Assembly (NCBI GenBank): GCA_963806225.1
Contig: CAWDXG010000004.1
Span: 1,312,001-1,376,000 of the forward strand
Length of the DNA stretch: 64,000 nt
Source: an uncultured delta proteobacterium
Lineage (GTDB): Bacteria; Myxococcota_A; Polyangia; Polyangiales; Polyangiaceae
Reading direction: 5' to 3'
The translations under genes and the position numbers were made by a program. Each line of letters starts with the position of its first letter. Position 1 is the stretch's first letter. This document shows positions 27,908 to 37,134 of the stretch, one piece after another. The notes under the pieces were generated by a model. The model did no database searches and was not told the DNA's origin. It saw only the letters and a program-made list of their open reading frames with translations.

Positions 27908-29130
27908 TGAGCTCATCCGATCACGACGAGTCGAGACTGCCCGAACGGGTCGAGTCGCTGCTTGTCGACTGGCCGGTGCGCGAGGACCCGGCGTTCGAGG
28001 AGCGGAGCGCTGAAGCAATCCAGGCGCGCCTGGCGGAAGTCGAGGCCGGTTCAACGGAGGACGAGCTGCTTGCCGCACCGCTGCCGGCGAGCAACGACGA
28101 AGGCACGCTCGCGGCGGACAGCCACGACAGCGCGCCGGAAAGCGCTCCGCCCCGCCGGAGCGCGCCGCCGGCGCCGGAGAGCGCTCCGCCCCGCAGCCTG
28201 GCGGAGATGGCCCGCGCCAGCGTGGCCGGGTCGTCGAAGGCTCCCGACGAGCTGTCCGACATCGCGCGCGAGTCGCTGGCGGTGGCGTCGCGCTCGCGCA
28301 CCAGTGCTCCGGACATCGCGGCCATGCTCGCGTCCCGCCCTTCGCGCCCCTCGGTCCCACCGGCGAGCGCGCCGGAGCCGGCGTCCAACGCCGACGAGAG
28401 CGCCCGGGCGTCGCAGAATGCGCCGGCGGCGAAGCGCCGGAGCAGCGGACCGCTGGTGGCAGCTGGTGTCGCGCTGGTTGGAATCGCCGCCGCGGTGCTG
28501 CTCCTCGTGCGCGGACACGACCAGCCCACGCCGCTCGCGACCAATCCCGACACGCAGCAGCCCGCGGCGGCGGCTGCGCCGGCCGCATCGACGGCGCCGG
28601 CCGCGACGGCGGCCCAGCAGGGCGAGAAGGGCGTGTTGTCGCTCGACCAGCTGCCGAACGGCGAGCTGGCGGCGGCGGACAAGCCCCAGGCGGCGTCGGC
28701 CGGCGCCCCGGGCGCGCCGCGCGCCCCGGCGCACGCAGCGCGCGCCAAGCCGGAAAACAAGGCGGAAGCGAAGCAGCAGCCCGCCAACGACCAGGACAAG
28801 AAGGAACCGGCGGAGGAAAAGCCCATCGCCGGCATGAAGCCCGCCGAGGGAACGACGAACGGCCTGCCCGACAAGCCCACGACCGGGCAGGTGGCCGTCG
28901 CGGTCGGCGCCGTGCTGGGCTCGGCCCGCGCCTGCGTGGCAGGCCAGGATCAGCCCTCCCGGGCGGTCATCGTCTTCGGCTCGAACGGCCGGGTGAAGAG
29001 CGTCTCGGTCTCCGGACCCGCAGCCGGAACGCCCGCAGCGGGCTGCATCCGTGCGGCCCTGTCCCAGGCGCGGGTCCAGCCGTTCGCCCGGAGCCAGTTC
29101 TCGGTGGGCACGCCCATCCGGCCGCAGTAA
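27907..29130 (+). CDS. Single-pass membrane protein, putative anti-sigma factor with C-terminal AgmX/PglI (TonB-C-like) domain
   Basis: TGATG coupling to the sigma gene; TM GPLVAAGVALVGIAAAVLLLV; Ala/Pro linker; C-terminal RAC...VFGSNGRVKSV...GCI domain. Confidence 0.65.
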   Translation: MSSSDHDESRLPERVESLLVDWPVREDPAFEERSAEAIQARLAEVEAGSTEDELLAAPLPASNDEGTLAADSHDSAPESAPPRRSAPPAPESAPPRSLAEMARASVAGSSKAPDELSDIARESLAVASRSRTSAPDIAAMLASRPSRPSVPPASAPEPASNADESARASQNAPAAKRRSSGPLVAAGVALVGIAAAVLLLVRGHDQPTPLATNPDTQQPAAAAAPAASTAPAATAAQQGEKGVLSLDQLPNGELAAADKPQAASAGAPGAPRAPAHAARAKPENKAEAKQQPANDQDKKEPAEEKPIAGMKPAEGTTNGLPDKPTTGQVAVAVGAVLGSARACVAGQDQPSRAVIVFGSNGRVKSVSVSGPAAGTPAAGCIRAALSQARVQPFARSQFSVGTPIRPQ

Positions 29131-29159
29131 TCGACTGCCCCGGCCGGAGCGGGCCCGCG

Positions 29160-29188
29160 TTGACAAGCCAGGGCGATTCGCTCATATT
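29160..29188 (+). promoter_or_regulatory. Sigma70 promoter for the small ORF-rpsT unit
   Basis: TTGACA (29160-65), 17-nt spacer, CATATT (29183-88). Confidence 0.65.
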
Positions 29189-29234
29189 CCCGGCCCCCTG
29201 CGCGGCCCCGCGCGTTCGATTGAAGGAAATCCAC

Positions 29235-29408
29235 ATGGTTTCGTCCACCAAGCAGACCGAGAAGCGCCGCAGCATGCGGCACTCCAAGGCCGGCCGGCAC
29301 GACAAGCGCAAGAGGGTGCGCCAGGGCACTCCCGCATTCCCGATCCACCCCGAGGGCTACGACCCGAAGGCTCCCGACGCGCGCCGTTCCGACGAAAGCG
29401 CCGACTGA
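29235..29408 (+). CDS. Small basic hypothetical protein (57 aa) upstream of rpsT
   Basis: RBS GAAGGA; MVSSTKQTEKRRSMRHSKAGRHDKRKRVRQGTPAFPIHPEGYDPKAPDARRSDESAD; GC3-rich codons. Confidence 0.7.
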   Translation: MVSSTKQTEKRRSMRHSKAGRHDKRKRVRQGTPAFPIHPEGYDPKAPDARRSDESAD

Positions 29409-29428
29409 CCCACGAGATAGGATCCGAC

Positions 29429-29689
29429 ATGGCGAACCACGCGTCAGCAGAGAAGCGTAACCGGCAGCGGCTCGTCCGCACCGAGCGCAACAAGGCAGTC
29501 CGGAGCTCCGTCCGCACGGCGGTCAAGAAGGCACGCTCGGCGCTCGCAGCCGGCGACAGCGCTGCCAAGGACAAGGTCGCGGAGGCCAGCCGCGAGCTGG
29601 CGAAAGCCGCGAAGAAGGGCGTGCTGCACCCGCGGACGGCGTCGCGCACGACCGCCCGCATCCAGCACGCGCTCGCGAAGCAGGGCTGA
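29429..29689 (+). CDS. rpsT: 30S ribosomal protein S20
   Basis: MANHASAEKRNRQ...RNKAVRSSVRTAVKK...AKAAKKGVLHPRTASR. Confidence 0.96.
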   Translation: MANHASAEKRNRQRLVRTERNKAVRSSVRTAVKKARSALAAGDSAAKDKVAEASRELAKAAKKGVLHPRTASRTTARIQHALAKQG

Positions 29690-29767
29690 GGGCGCGGCTG
29701 CGGCGCGCCGAAGGCGGCGTGCTACGATGCCTGGCGCGCGGGACGGGGTTCCGCGCCAGGCTGACGG

Positions 29768-31177
29768 ATGAGCCGCCCGGACCCAGATCCCGATCCCCTG
29801 CTCGGCACGACCGTCTGGGACAAATACCGCGTTGATCGTCTGATCGGCCGCGGCGGGATGGGCGCCGTCTACCAGGCCACCAACACGGGCATCGAAAAGC
29901 GCGTCGCGCTCAAGTTCCTCGACCGCGACGCCGCCCGCGACCTGGACGCCGTGGCACGCTTCCAGCGCGAGGCCCAGGCCGCCAGCGCGGTCGAGAGCGC
30001 TCACATCGTGCAGATCTTCGACGCCGGGCGCTCCGAGGCGGACCGCCCGTTCCTCGTGATGGAGCTGCTCACGGGCGAGGACCTGCGCGCGCGCCTGCGC
30101 CGCGAAAAGCGCCTGGGCGTGGCCGAGGTCGTGCACATCGCCGGCCAGGTGCTGCGCGCGCTCGACCGCGCCCACGAAGCCGGCATCGTCCACCGCGACC
30201 TCAAACCGGACAACGTGTTCCTGTGCCAGCGCGACGACGATCCGATGTTCGTCAAGATTGTCGACTTCGGCATCTCGAAGGTGGCGCGCAAGACGTCGAA
30301 CGCCGACACGCTCACGCGCCGCGGCACCGTGCTCGGCACCGCGTACTACATGTCCCCGGAGCAGGCGCAGGCCTTCCGCGACATCGACGGGCGCACCGAT
30401 CTGTTCAGCCTCGGTTCCATCATGTTCGAAGCGCTGGCCGGGCGCCCGCCGCACGTCGGCACGGCCTATGAAGCCATCCTGATCGACATCTGCACGAAGG
30501 ACTCGCCGGACGTGCGACAGTTCGCGCCCGAGGTGACGGAGCCGCTGGCGCGGGTGATCGCCCGCGCACTCCAGCGCGATCGCGACCAGCGCTTCCAGTC
30601 CGCCGGCGAGTTCTACGAAGCGCTCGCCGCCGCCGCGCCCGGACTGGTGCGGACGGGGGGACCGAGCGGATCGCGGGACGCGCTGCTGTCGGGCGACGTG
30701 TCTTCCTCGCAGCGCCCCCTCCGTTCCGATCCGGGGGGCGAGGGCCGCGTCGTGACGGTCGAGGGCACGGCCGTCCGCAGCCGAGCCGACGCCCGCACCC
30801 AGACTCGCCGGACGGTCGTCGTGGGGCTGGTCGCCGCGCTAGGCGCCTTTGCGGTGACGGTGCTGCTGATGGCCCGGCATCGGGGCGCCGACCCTGCCGC
30901 CCTGACCCCCGTCCAAGCCAGCGCAGCTGCCGCCCCGGGCGCCAGCGCGGAGCTCGCGGCGTCGGCGCCAGCCCCGGCGCCCTCCGGCAGCAGCGCGTCC
31001 GCCGACGCCGGCGCCGACGCCGCTTCGCGCCTCCCGGCACCGCCGGCCACGCACCGGACCGCGGCCCATGTGCATGCCGTTCCACACGTCACGCACGCGA
31101 AGCCCACGGCCACCGCCCCACCTGAGCATGCGGGCGGCGTGGCCAGCGGGCTGCAGCTCAATACCCAGGGTCCGTAG
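29768..31177 (+). CDS. Transmembrane Ser/Thr protein kinase
   Basis: GRGGMGAVY, VALK, HRDLKPDN, DFG and GTAYYMSPE motifs; TM VVVGLVAALGAFAVTVLLM; Ala/Pro-rich external tail. Confidence 0.92.
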   Translation: MSRPDPDPDPLLGTTVWDKYRVDRLIGRGGMGAVYQATNTGIEKRVALKFLDRDAARDLDAVARFQREAQAASAVESAHIVQIFDAGRSEADRPFLVMELLTGEDLRARLRREKRLGVAEVVHIAGQVLRALDRAHEAGIVHRDLKPDNVFLCQRDDDPMFVKIVDFGISKVARKTSNADTLTRRGTVLGTAYYMSPEQAQAFRDIDGRTDLFSLGSIMFEALAGRPPHVGTAYEAILIDICTKDSPDVRQFAPEVTEPLARVIARALQRDRDQRFQSAGEFYEALAAAAPGLVRTGGPSGSRDALLSGDVSSSQRPLRSDPGGEGRVVTVEGTAVRSRADARTQTRRTVVVGLVAALGAFAVTVLLMARHRGADPAALTPVQASAAAAPGASAELAASAPAPAPSGSSASADAGADAASRLPAPPATHRTAAHVHAVPHVTHAKPTATAPPEHAGGVASGLQLNTQGP

Positions 31178-31294
31178 CGCCTTTCCGTGGCTTTTGCCAC
31201 GGCGGGCGCCCGCTCACGCCTGGCGATCGGCTATGCTCACCGGCGAAATCAGCCGCCCTCCGGGCGTGCGTCTCCCCACCCCCGAACGCCTTTC

Positions 31295-32875
31295 GTGTCT
31301 CGCTTCTGCCGGCTCCTCGCGCTGCTTGCCGCGTCGCTCGTGATCGCACCCGGCACGCGCGCCTTCGCCCAGCCTGCCGCGCCGGCGGCGCCGGCTGGAG
31401 CAGCGTCGCCCGCTTCCTCCGCCAAGCGCGCCGCGAAGCCTCCGGACGAGACCGGCACGCCAGCCAAGCCTGCCGCCGTCCGCCACTTCCGGAACGGGGT
31501 CAAGCTGTACCAGGACAAGAACTACAAGGGTGCGCTGGCCGAGTTCGAGGCCGCCTACCAGCTCAAGCCCGGCGCGTCCTCGCTGCAGAACATCGCTCTG
31601 TGCCTGAAAGCCCTGTTCCGCTACGCCGAGGCCGCCGACACGCTCGAGAAGCTTTTGGCCAGGCACGGCAGCGAGATCGACGACCAGGAGCGCACCGAGG
31701 TCAAGGCAGCCATCGAGGAGCTCAGCTCGCTGGTCGGCTCGATCGACATCCAGGTCGCGCCGCCCGACGCGCGCGTCGGCGTCGACGGCCGCGACGTCGA
31801 CAAGAAGACGCGCCAGAAGTCCATCCGCTTGAACGTCGGTGAGCACACCGTCACCGCCAGCGCGCCCGGCTACGCGGACGCATCGCGCGTGGTCCGGGTC
31901 GCGGGCGGCCAGAAGCACATTCCTGTCGCCATCACGCTGACGCCAACGATGGGCTTCGTGACGGTGAGCATCGACGACCCGGACGCGGCCATCGCGATAG
32001 ACGGCAAGGCACAGGCCTTTTCACACTGGAGCGGCCCGCTCGCCCCCGGTCAGCACTACGTGCAGGTCTACAAGAACGGCTTCAAGCCCTTCGAGCAGCG
32101 TTTCACCGTCGAGATCGGGCAGAAGCAGACCATCAACGCCTCGCTCGGTCCGCCCGTCGCGCCGGAGGACGGCGGCTCGAAGGACAGCGGCTCGAAGGAC
32201 AAGCCCGCCCGCCAACTGCGCGGCTGGTACGCGCTGGGCGCCCTCGATCTGACGGGCCTGACGGGCGACCCGAACAATACCAAGCAGCCGAGCGGCAACG
32301 CCACGGGCGGCGCCGCACTCGGCATCCGCGCGGGCTACCGGCTCTGGACGCCGGTGTCGCTCGAGCTCTTGATGCAGGGCAGCACGCACGAGGCCAAGGA
32401 CCAGTGCGTCCCGTCGTGCGATGGCGACCACGCCACGCGCAACTACGCCGTCCAATCGTTCCGCATCGGTCCCAACCTGCGCATCAACAGCGGCGGCGAG
32501 AGCATCCGCTTCACCTCGGCGCTCGGCCTGGGCGCTGTGCAGCACAAGGTGACCTTCAAGGACATCACCAACGACAAGAACGTCGACGTGTCCGGCGTGC
32601 CACCGAAGGACACCGTGGCCAGCGGCTGGGACCCGTATCTGCTGCTCGAGATCGGCGTGCAGTTCAACCTCGGGCACGTGTTGCTCGAGGCCGACGCCGT
32701 CGCGGACATCGATCAGGCGAGCAGCATTCACTACGGCGACGCCTATCCGTACCGGGACCCCAGCACCGGCGCAGGCAAAGGCGGGCTCAGGACGCTCGGC
32801 CTCGGCCTGCGCGCCGGCTGGAGCGAGTGGGCTCCGCCCACCAAGGTCAGCAAGATCACACAACTGACCCGGTGA
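31295..32875 (+). CDS. Exported TPR + PEGA domain protein with beta-strand-rich C-terminus
   Basis: Signal peptide; [27 protein letters not shown] (TPR); two PEGA repeats ([12 protein letters not shown]...[21 protein letters not shown]...[12 protein letters not shown]). Start uncertain (GTG 31295 or 31187). Confidence 0.8.
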   Translation: MSRFCRLLALLAASLVIAPGTRAFAQPAAPAAPAGAASPASSAKRAAKPPDETGTPAKPAAVRHFRNGVKLYQDKNYKGALAEFEAAYQLKPGASSLQNIALCLKALFRYAEAADTLEKLLARHGSEIDDQERTEVKAAIEELSSLVGSIDIQVAPPDARVGVDGRDVDKKTRQKSIRLNVGEHTVTASAPGYADASRVVRVAGGQKHIPVAITLTPTMGFVTVSIDDPDAAIAIDGKAQAFSHWSGPLAPGQHYVQVYKNGFKPFEQRFTVEIGQKQTINASLGPPVAPEDGGSKDSGSKDKPARQLRGWYALGALDLTGLTGDPNNTKQPSGNATGGAALGIRAGYRLWTPVSLELLMQGSTHEAKDQCVPSCDGDHATRNYAVQSFRIGPNLRINSGGESIRFTSALGLGAVQHKVTFKDITNDKNVDVSGVPPKDTVASGWDPYLLLEIGVQFNLGHVLLEADAVADIDQASSIHYGDAYPYRDPSTGAGKGGLRTLGLGLRAGWSEWAPPTKVSKITQLTR

Positions 32876-32996
32876 TCAGGTCCGCGACCGACCGCAGCGT
32901 GATCGCGGGCGGATTCCGCGAGGGGGACGCATGCAGAGGAGCCGTGGTAGGAATGACGCTCTTCACGGCGCAAAGGCAGCGCAACGAGGGGCCAAC

Positions 32997-34970
32997 ATGG
33001 CAGACGACAAGCAGGCTATCGGGACGTTCAACGAGGAGACGCGCCACTTCGAGCCGAACGAGGAGTTCAAGAAGCACGCGCGCATCAACTCGCTCGAGCA
33101 GTACCAGCGGCTGTACAAGGAAAGCCTCGAGTCCCCGGAGACCTTCTGGAAACGCGAGACGCGCGATCTCGTGTTCCGCAAGCCCTGGACGAAGATCAGC
33201 GAGTGGAAGCTGCCCCACGCCAAGTGGTTCGTGGGCGCCACGCTGAACGCCACCGAGAGCTGCCTCGACCGCCACCTGCAGACCGGCGTCAAGGACAAGC
33301 CGGCCATCGTCTGGGAGAGCGAGCCGGGCGAGTCGACCACGCTGACCTACGCCCAGCTGTACGAGAAGGTCGTGGAATTCGCCGCCGTGCTGCGCGAGAT
33401 GGGCGTGAAGAAGGGCGACCGCGTCGCGATCTACATGGGCATGGTGCCGGAGGTCGTCGTCGGCATGCTGGCCTGCGCTCGCATCGGCGCGCCGCACAGC
33501 GTCGTGTTCGGCGGGTTTGCCGCCGAGAGCCTGCAGGGCCGCATCAACGACTGCGGCGCCAAGGTCGTGCTGACACAGGACGGCGCCTGGCGCCGCGGCG
33601 GCGTCGTGCCGCTGAAAGCCACGGTCGACAAGGCGCTCGAGGACGCGCCCAGCGTCGAGAAGGTGTTCGTCTACCGCCGGCTCGGCGACGAACACGTCAA
33701 GATCAGCATGCAGGAAGGCCGCGACGTCGACTGGTACGAGGCCGTGAAGGGCGCCAACAAGTCCCACGGCAAGGACCCGGAGATGGTCGACGCCGAGCAC
33801 CCGCTGTTCATCCTGTACACCTCCGGCTCCACCGGGAAGCCGAAGGGCGTGCTGCACACTACCGCCGGCTACCTCGCCGGCACGCACGTCACGACCAAGT
33901 ACGTCTTCGACCTGCACGAGAGCGACGTCTACTGGTGCACGGCTGATGTCGGCTGGATCACCGGGCACAGCTACATCGTCTACGGCCCGCTCTCCAACGG
34001 CGCGACGTGCGTGATGTACGAGGGCGCGCCGAACTTCCCCGACTGGGGGCGCTTCTGGCAGCTCGTCGACAAGCACAAGGTGACGATCCTGTACACCGCG
34101 CCAACGGCCATTCGCGCCTTCATCCGCCAGGGCACCGAGTGGGTGGACAAGGCCAGCCTCGCGAGCCTGCGGCTGCTCGGCACCGTGGGCGAGCCGATCA
34201 ACCCGGAAGCGTGGGTCTGGTACCACGAGAACATCGGCAAGAAGCGCTGCCCCATCGTCGATACCTGGTGGCAGACGGAGACGGGCGCGATCATGCTGAC
34301 CACGCTGCCCGGCGTGCACCCCGCCAAGCCCGGCTCGACGGGCCTGCCCTTCTTCGGCGTGAAGCCGGCCATCGTGCAGAGCGACGGCACGGAGCTCGGG
34401 CCGAACGAGGGCGGTCTGCTCGTGATCCAGAAGCCCTGGCCCAGCATGCTGCGCACCATCTGGGGTGACGACGAACGCTACAGGAAGCAGTACTTTTCCG
34501 AGATCCGCGACGCGTACTTCACGGGCGACGGCGCGCGCTGCGAGGACGACGGCTACTTCCACGTGGTGGGGCGCATCGACGACGTGCTCAACGTCTCCGG
34601 CCACCGCATCGGCACCGCCGAGATCGAGAGCTCGCTTGTGGCGCATCCGGCCGTCGCCGAGGCCGCCGCTGTGGGCCGCGCCGATGACGTCAAGGGCCAG
34701 GCGCTGGTGGTGTTCGTCACGCTCAAGCCGGGCCACGAAAAGAACGACGCGATGAAGAAGGCGCTCGCCGAGCACGTCGGCCAGGAGATCGGCAAGTTCG
34801 CCCGCCCGGACGAGGTGCGCTTCGCCGACAGCCTACCCAAGACACGCAGCGGCAAGATCATGCGCCGGCTGCTGAAGGACGTCGCCGCGGGTCGCGAAGC
34901 GCAGGGCGACATCTCCACGCTCGAGGACAAGAACGTGCTCGAGACGCTGCAGGGCGGCAAAGAGGGATGA
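32997..34970 (+). CDS. acs: Acetyl-CoA synthetase (acetate--CoA ligase)
   Basis: [35 protein letters not shown] and [12 protein letters not shown] motifs. Confidence 0.96.
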   Translation: MADDKQAIGTFNEETRHFEPNEEFKKHARINSLEQYQRLYKESLESPETFWKRETRDLVFRKPWTKISEWKLPHAKWFVGATLNATESCLDRHLQTGVKDKPAIVWESEPGESTTLTYAQLYEKVVEFAAVLREMGVKKGDRVAIYMGMVPEVVVGMLACARIGAPHSVVFGGFAAESLQGRINDCGAKVVLTQDGAWRRGGVVPLKATVDKALEDAPSVEKVFVYRRLGDEHVKISMQEGRDVDWYEAVKGANKSHGKDPEMVDAEHPLFILYTSGSTGKPKGVLHTTAGYLAGTHVTTKYVFDLHESDVYWCTADVGWITGHSYIVYGPLSNGATCVMYEGAPNFPDWGRFWQLVDKHKVTILYTAPTAIRAFIRQGTEWVDKASLASLRLLGTVGEPINPEAWVWYHENIGKKRCPIVDTWWQTETGAIMLTTLPGVHPAKPGSTGLPFFGVKPAIVQSDGTELGPNEGGLLVIQKPWPSMLRTIWGDDERYRKQYFSEIRDAYFTGDGARCEDDGYFHVVGRIDDVLNVSGHRIGTAEIESSLVAHPAVAEAAAVGRADDVKGQALVVFVTLKPGHEKNDAMKKALAEHVGQEIGKFARPDEVRFADSLPKTRSGKIMRRLLKDVAAGREAQGDISTLEDKNVLETLQGGKEG

Positions 34971-35044
34971 GGACGAGCTGATCGGCGGGACTGGTATCCA
35001 TGGCCAGTTCTGCTGACCAGCTTCGACCGCGTCTCTGCCCGCGC

Positions 35045-35701
35045 TCAGCGCGTCATCCGCTCGACGAGCTTCTTTCCCGTCTTTCGGTCGCTTCCGTACA
35101 CGTCGACGTAGGAAACGCTCAGGACGCCCGCCAGCTGGACGAAGATGTGGTCGAGGTGAGCGGCCTGGTGGCCCTGGATCGTCGCGTAGGCCTGGGCGCT
35201 GCAGTGGCCGGCCCTGTCGCGGCCGGTGACGATGCTGATCGGGCGGGCGACCTGTTTGAGCTCGACCAGGAAGCGTGCGTCCGCGCCGCTCTTGTCGACA
35301 GCGTGCGCCTGGGAGAAGCCGTACGCCGCGTACTCGTAGAACTTGAGCGTGTGGGTGCGCACCGGCGGCGCGTGCTCGAACTCGCGCCAGTAGGGGAAGA
35401 CGGCGTTGTCGCCGACCGGCTTGCAGTGCGAATCGAGGCGCATGCCGTAGTCGACGCGGTTGTGATCGTCGCTCTTTTCGATGAAAAAGACCGTCTGCAC
35501 GTCGTAGGGGCCGAAGGACGGATGCAGAGACGGGTCGGCGTTGGCGGGATTCGGCACGGCGGCGGGTTCGCCGGGCACGGCGGCAGATGCTCCCGACTGG
35601 GCCGGCGCACGCGCCACCGGCGGCGGGACGCTGGGGCCGCAGCCCCAGAGCGGCGACGCCGCCCCCAGCTGGAGTAGCCCGCGCACCAGGCGCCGGTTCA
35701 T
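35045..35701 (-). CDS. DUF4833-like lipoprotein, tandem copy 3
   Basis: Lipobox LWGC; VFFIEKSDDHNRVDYGMRLD..C, FPYWRE, YAAYG and VDVYG.D.KTG..LVER; ATGA overlap with copy 2. Confidence 0.75.
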   Translation of the reverse strand: MNRRLVRGLLQLGAASPLWGCGPSVPPPVARAPAQSGASAAVPGEPAAVPNPANADPSLHPSFGPYDVQTVFFIEKSDDHNRVDYGMRLDSHCKPVGDNAVFPYWREFEHAPPVRTHTLKFYEYAAYGFSQAHAVDKSGADARFLVELKQVARPISIVTGRDRAGHCSAQAYATIQGHQAAHLDHIFVQLAGVLSVSYVDVYGSDRKTGKKLVERMTR

Positions 35702-36324
35702 GGCGTCAGGCGTTCGACGAGTTTCTCGCCGGTCTTGGTGTCGGTGCCGTGCACGTCCACGTAGTCGGCGCTCATCATACCGGCAACCTTGACGAAGATG
35801 TAGTCGAGCCGCGCGTTCTTCTTGCCTTTGACCCGCGTGTAGGCCGTCGCGGTGCAGTAGCCACCCCTGCCCTGCTTGGTGACGATCAGGATGGGGCGCT
35901 TCACCTGTTTGAGCACGATCAGGTGCTGCCCGCCGCTGCGGCTCTTCCTCGTCGTCTGCTGCGTCGAGAAGCCATACGCCGCGTACTGGAAGAAGCGGAG
36001 GGCATGCGAGCCGAGCTTCGGCGGATGCCGGTTCTCGCGCCAGTAGGGGAACACCGGGTCGTGGCCGCTCGGCGTACAGTGCCGGTCGAGGCGGATCCCG
36101 TAGGCGATGGGATCGCCGCCGTTGCTCTTGGCGATGTGGAACACCACCTGCACGTCGTACGGACCGAACGGCGGGTGGAAGTCGGAGTTGTCGTTCGCCG
36201 GGTTCGGCTTGGCCGTAGGGTCGTCGGTTTTCGAGGCCCGGTAGGCGACGGGCGGCGGAATGTCGTGACTGCAGCTGGCGCACAACCCGAGGGCCAGCGC
36301 CGCGCCGGCGATCTGCAACTTCAC
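35698..36324 (-). CDS. DUF4833-like lipoprotein, tandem copy 2
   Basis: GTG start, lipobox CASC; same motifs as its neighbours. Confidence 0.75.
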   Translation of the reverse strand: MKLQIAGAALALGLCASCSHDIPPPVAYRASKTDDPTAKPNPANDNSDFHPPFGPYDVQVVFHIAKSNGGDPIAYGIRLDRHCTPSGHDPVFPYWRENRHPPKLGSHALRFFQYAAYGFSTQQTTRKSRSGGQHLIVLKQVKRPILIVTKQGRGGYCTATAYTRVKGKKNARLDYIFVKVAGMMSADYVDVHGTDTKTGEKLVERLTP

Positions 36325-36365
36325 GAGCCCAATCTTGCACACGGGTCGCCCGCGCGCCCGTCCGC

Positions 36366-37007
36366 TCAGGGCGTCTGGCGTTCGACGAGCTTCCGGCCGG
36401 TCTTCGTGTCGGTTCCGTGTATATCGATGTAGTCGACACTCATCACGCCCGCGACCTTGGCGAAGATATAGTCGAGGTGCGCGCTCTCGACCCCCTGCAC
36501 CTTCGTGTACGGCGTGGCCGTACAATATCCGTCCTTGCCCTGCTTCGTCACGATCAGGATCGGGCGTTTGAACTGTTTGAGCACGACGAGATATTGCCCG
36601 CCCGAACGGCCTTTCTTGACGATGCGCTGCTCCGAGAATCCATAGCCGGCGTACTGGAAGAACTTGAGCTTGTGGGACCGCACCGGCGGAGCATGCTGCA
36701 GCTCGCGCCAGTACGGGAACATGGCGTTGCCGCTGGCCGGCGCGCAGTGCTGGTCGAGGCGCAACCCGTAGTCGACGCGGTCCTTGTCGTTGCTCTTGGC
36801 GATGTAGAACACCGTCTGCACGTCGAACGGACCGAACGGCGGCTTGAGGTTCTTGTCGTCGTTCGCCGGGTTGGGCTTGGCCGTGTGGTCGTCGACCTTG
36901 GTGGAGGCGTAGGTGACGGGTGGCGGGATGTCGTGGCTGCAGCCCAGTGCGGAAAAAGCCGCCGACAGCGCGATCCCCATGCGCACGAAACACTTCACCC
37001 GGCCCAT
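36366..37007 (-). CDS. DUF4833-like lipoprotein, tandem copy 1
   Basis: Lipobox ALGC; VFYIAKSNDKDRVDYGLRLD, FPYWRE and IDIHGTDTKTGRKLVERQTP. Confidence 0.78.
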   Translation of the reverse strand: MGRVKCFVRMGIALSAAFSALGCSHDIPPPVTYASTKVDDHTAKPNPANDDKNLKPPFGPFDVQTVFYIAKSNDKDRVDYGLRLDQHCAPASGNAMFPYWRELQHAPPVRSHKLKFFQYAGYGFSEQRIVKKGRSGGQYLVVLKQFKRPILIVTKQGKDGYCTATPYTKVQGVESAHLDYIFAKVAGVMSVDYIDIHGTDTKTGRKLVERQTP

Positions 37008-37134
37008 TATGCACGTCCTGGGCGCGATACGCCCACGACGCCCCCCAACGGCAATAACCCCCCGGAAACGTGCGCGGAATCGCTCCGGCTCCCGACTTCC
37101 GGCTCCGGTCCCGATGGCGGTCCCGGCGGCGCTG

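Noticed and set aside
27223..29130. Apparent sigma-anti-sigma fusion (635 aa)
   Set aside because: Sigma region 4 is in a different frame ending at 27907. The fusion arises from two frameshifts.
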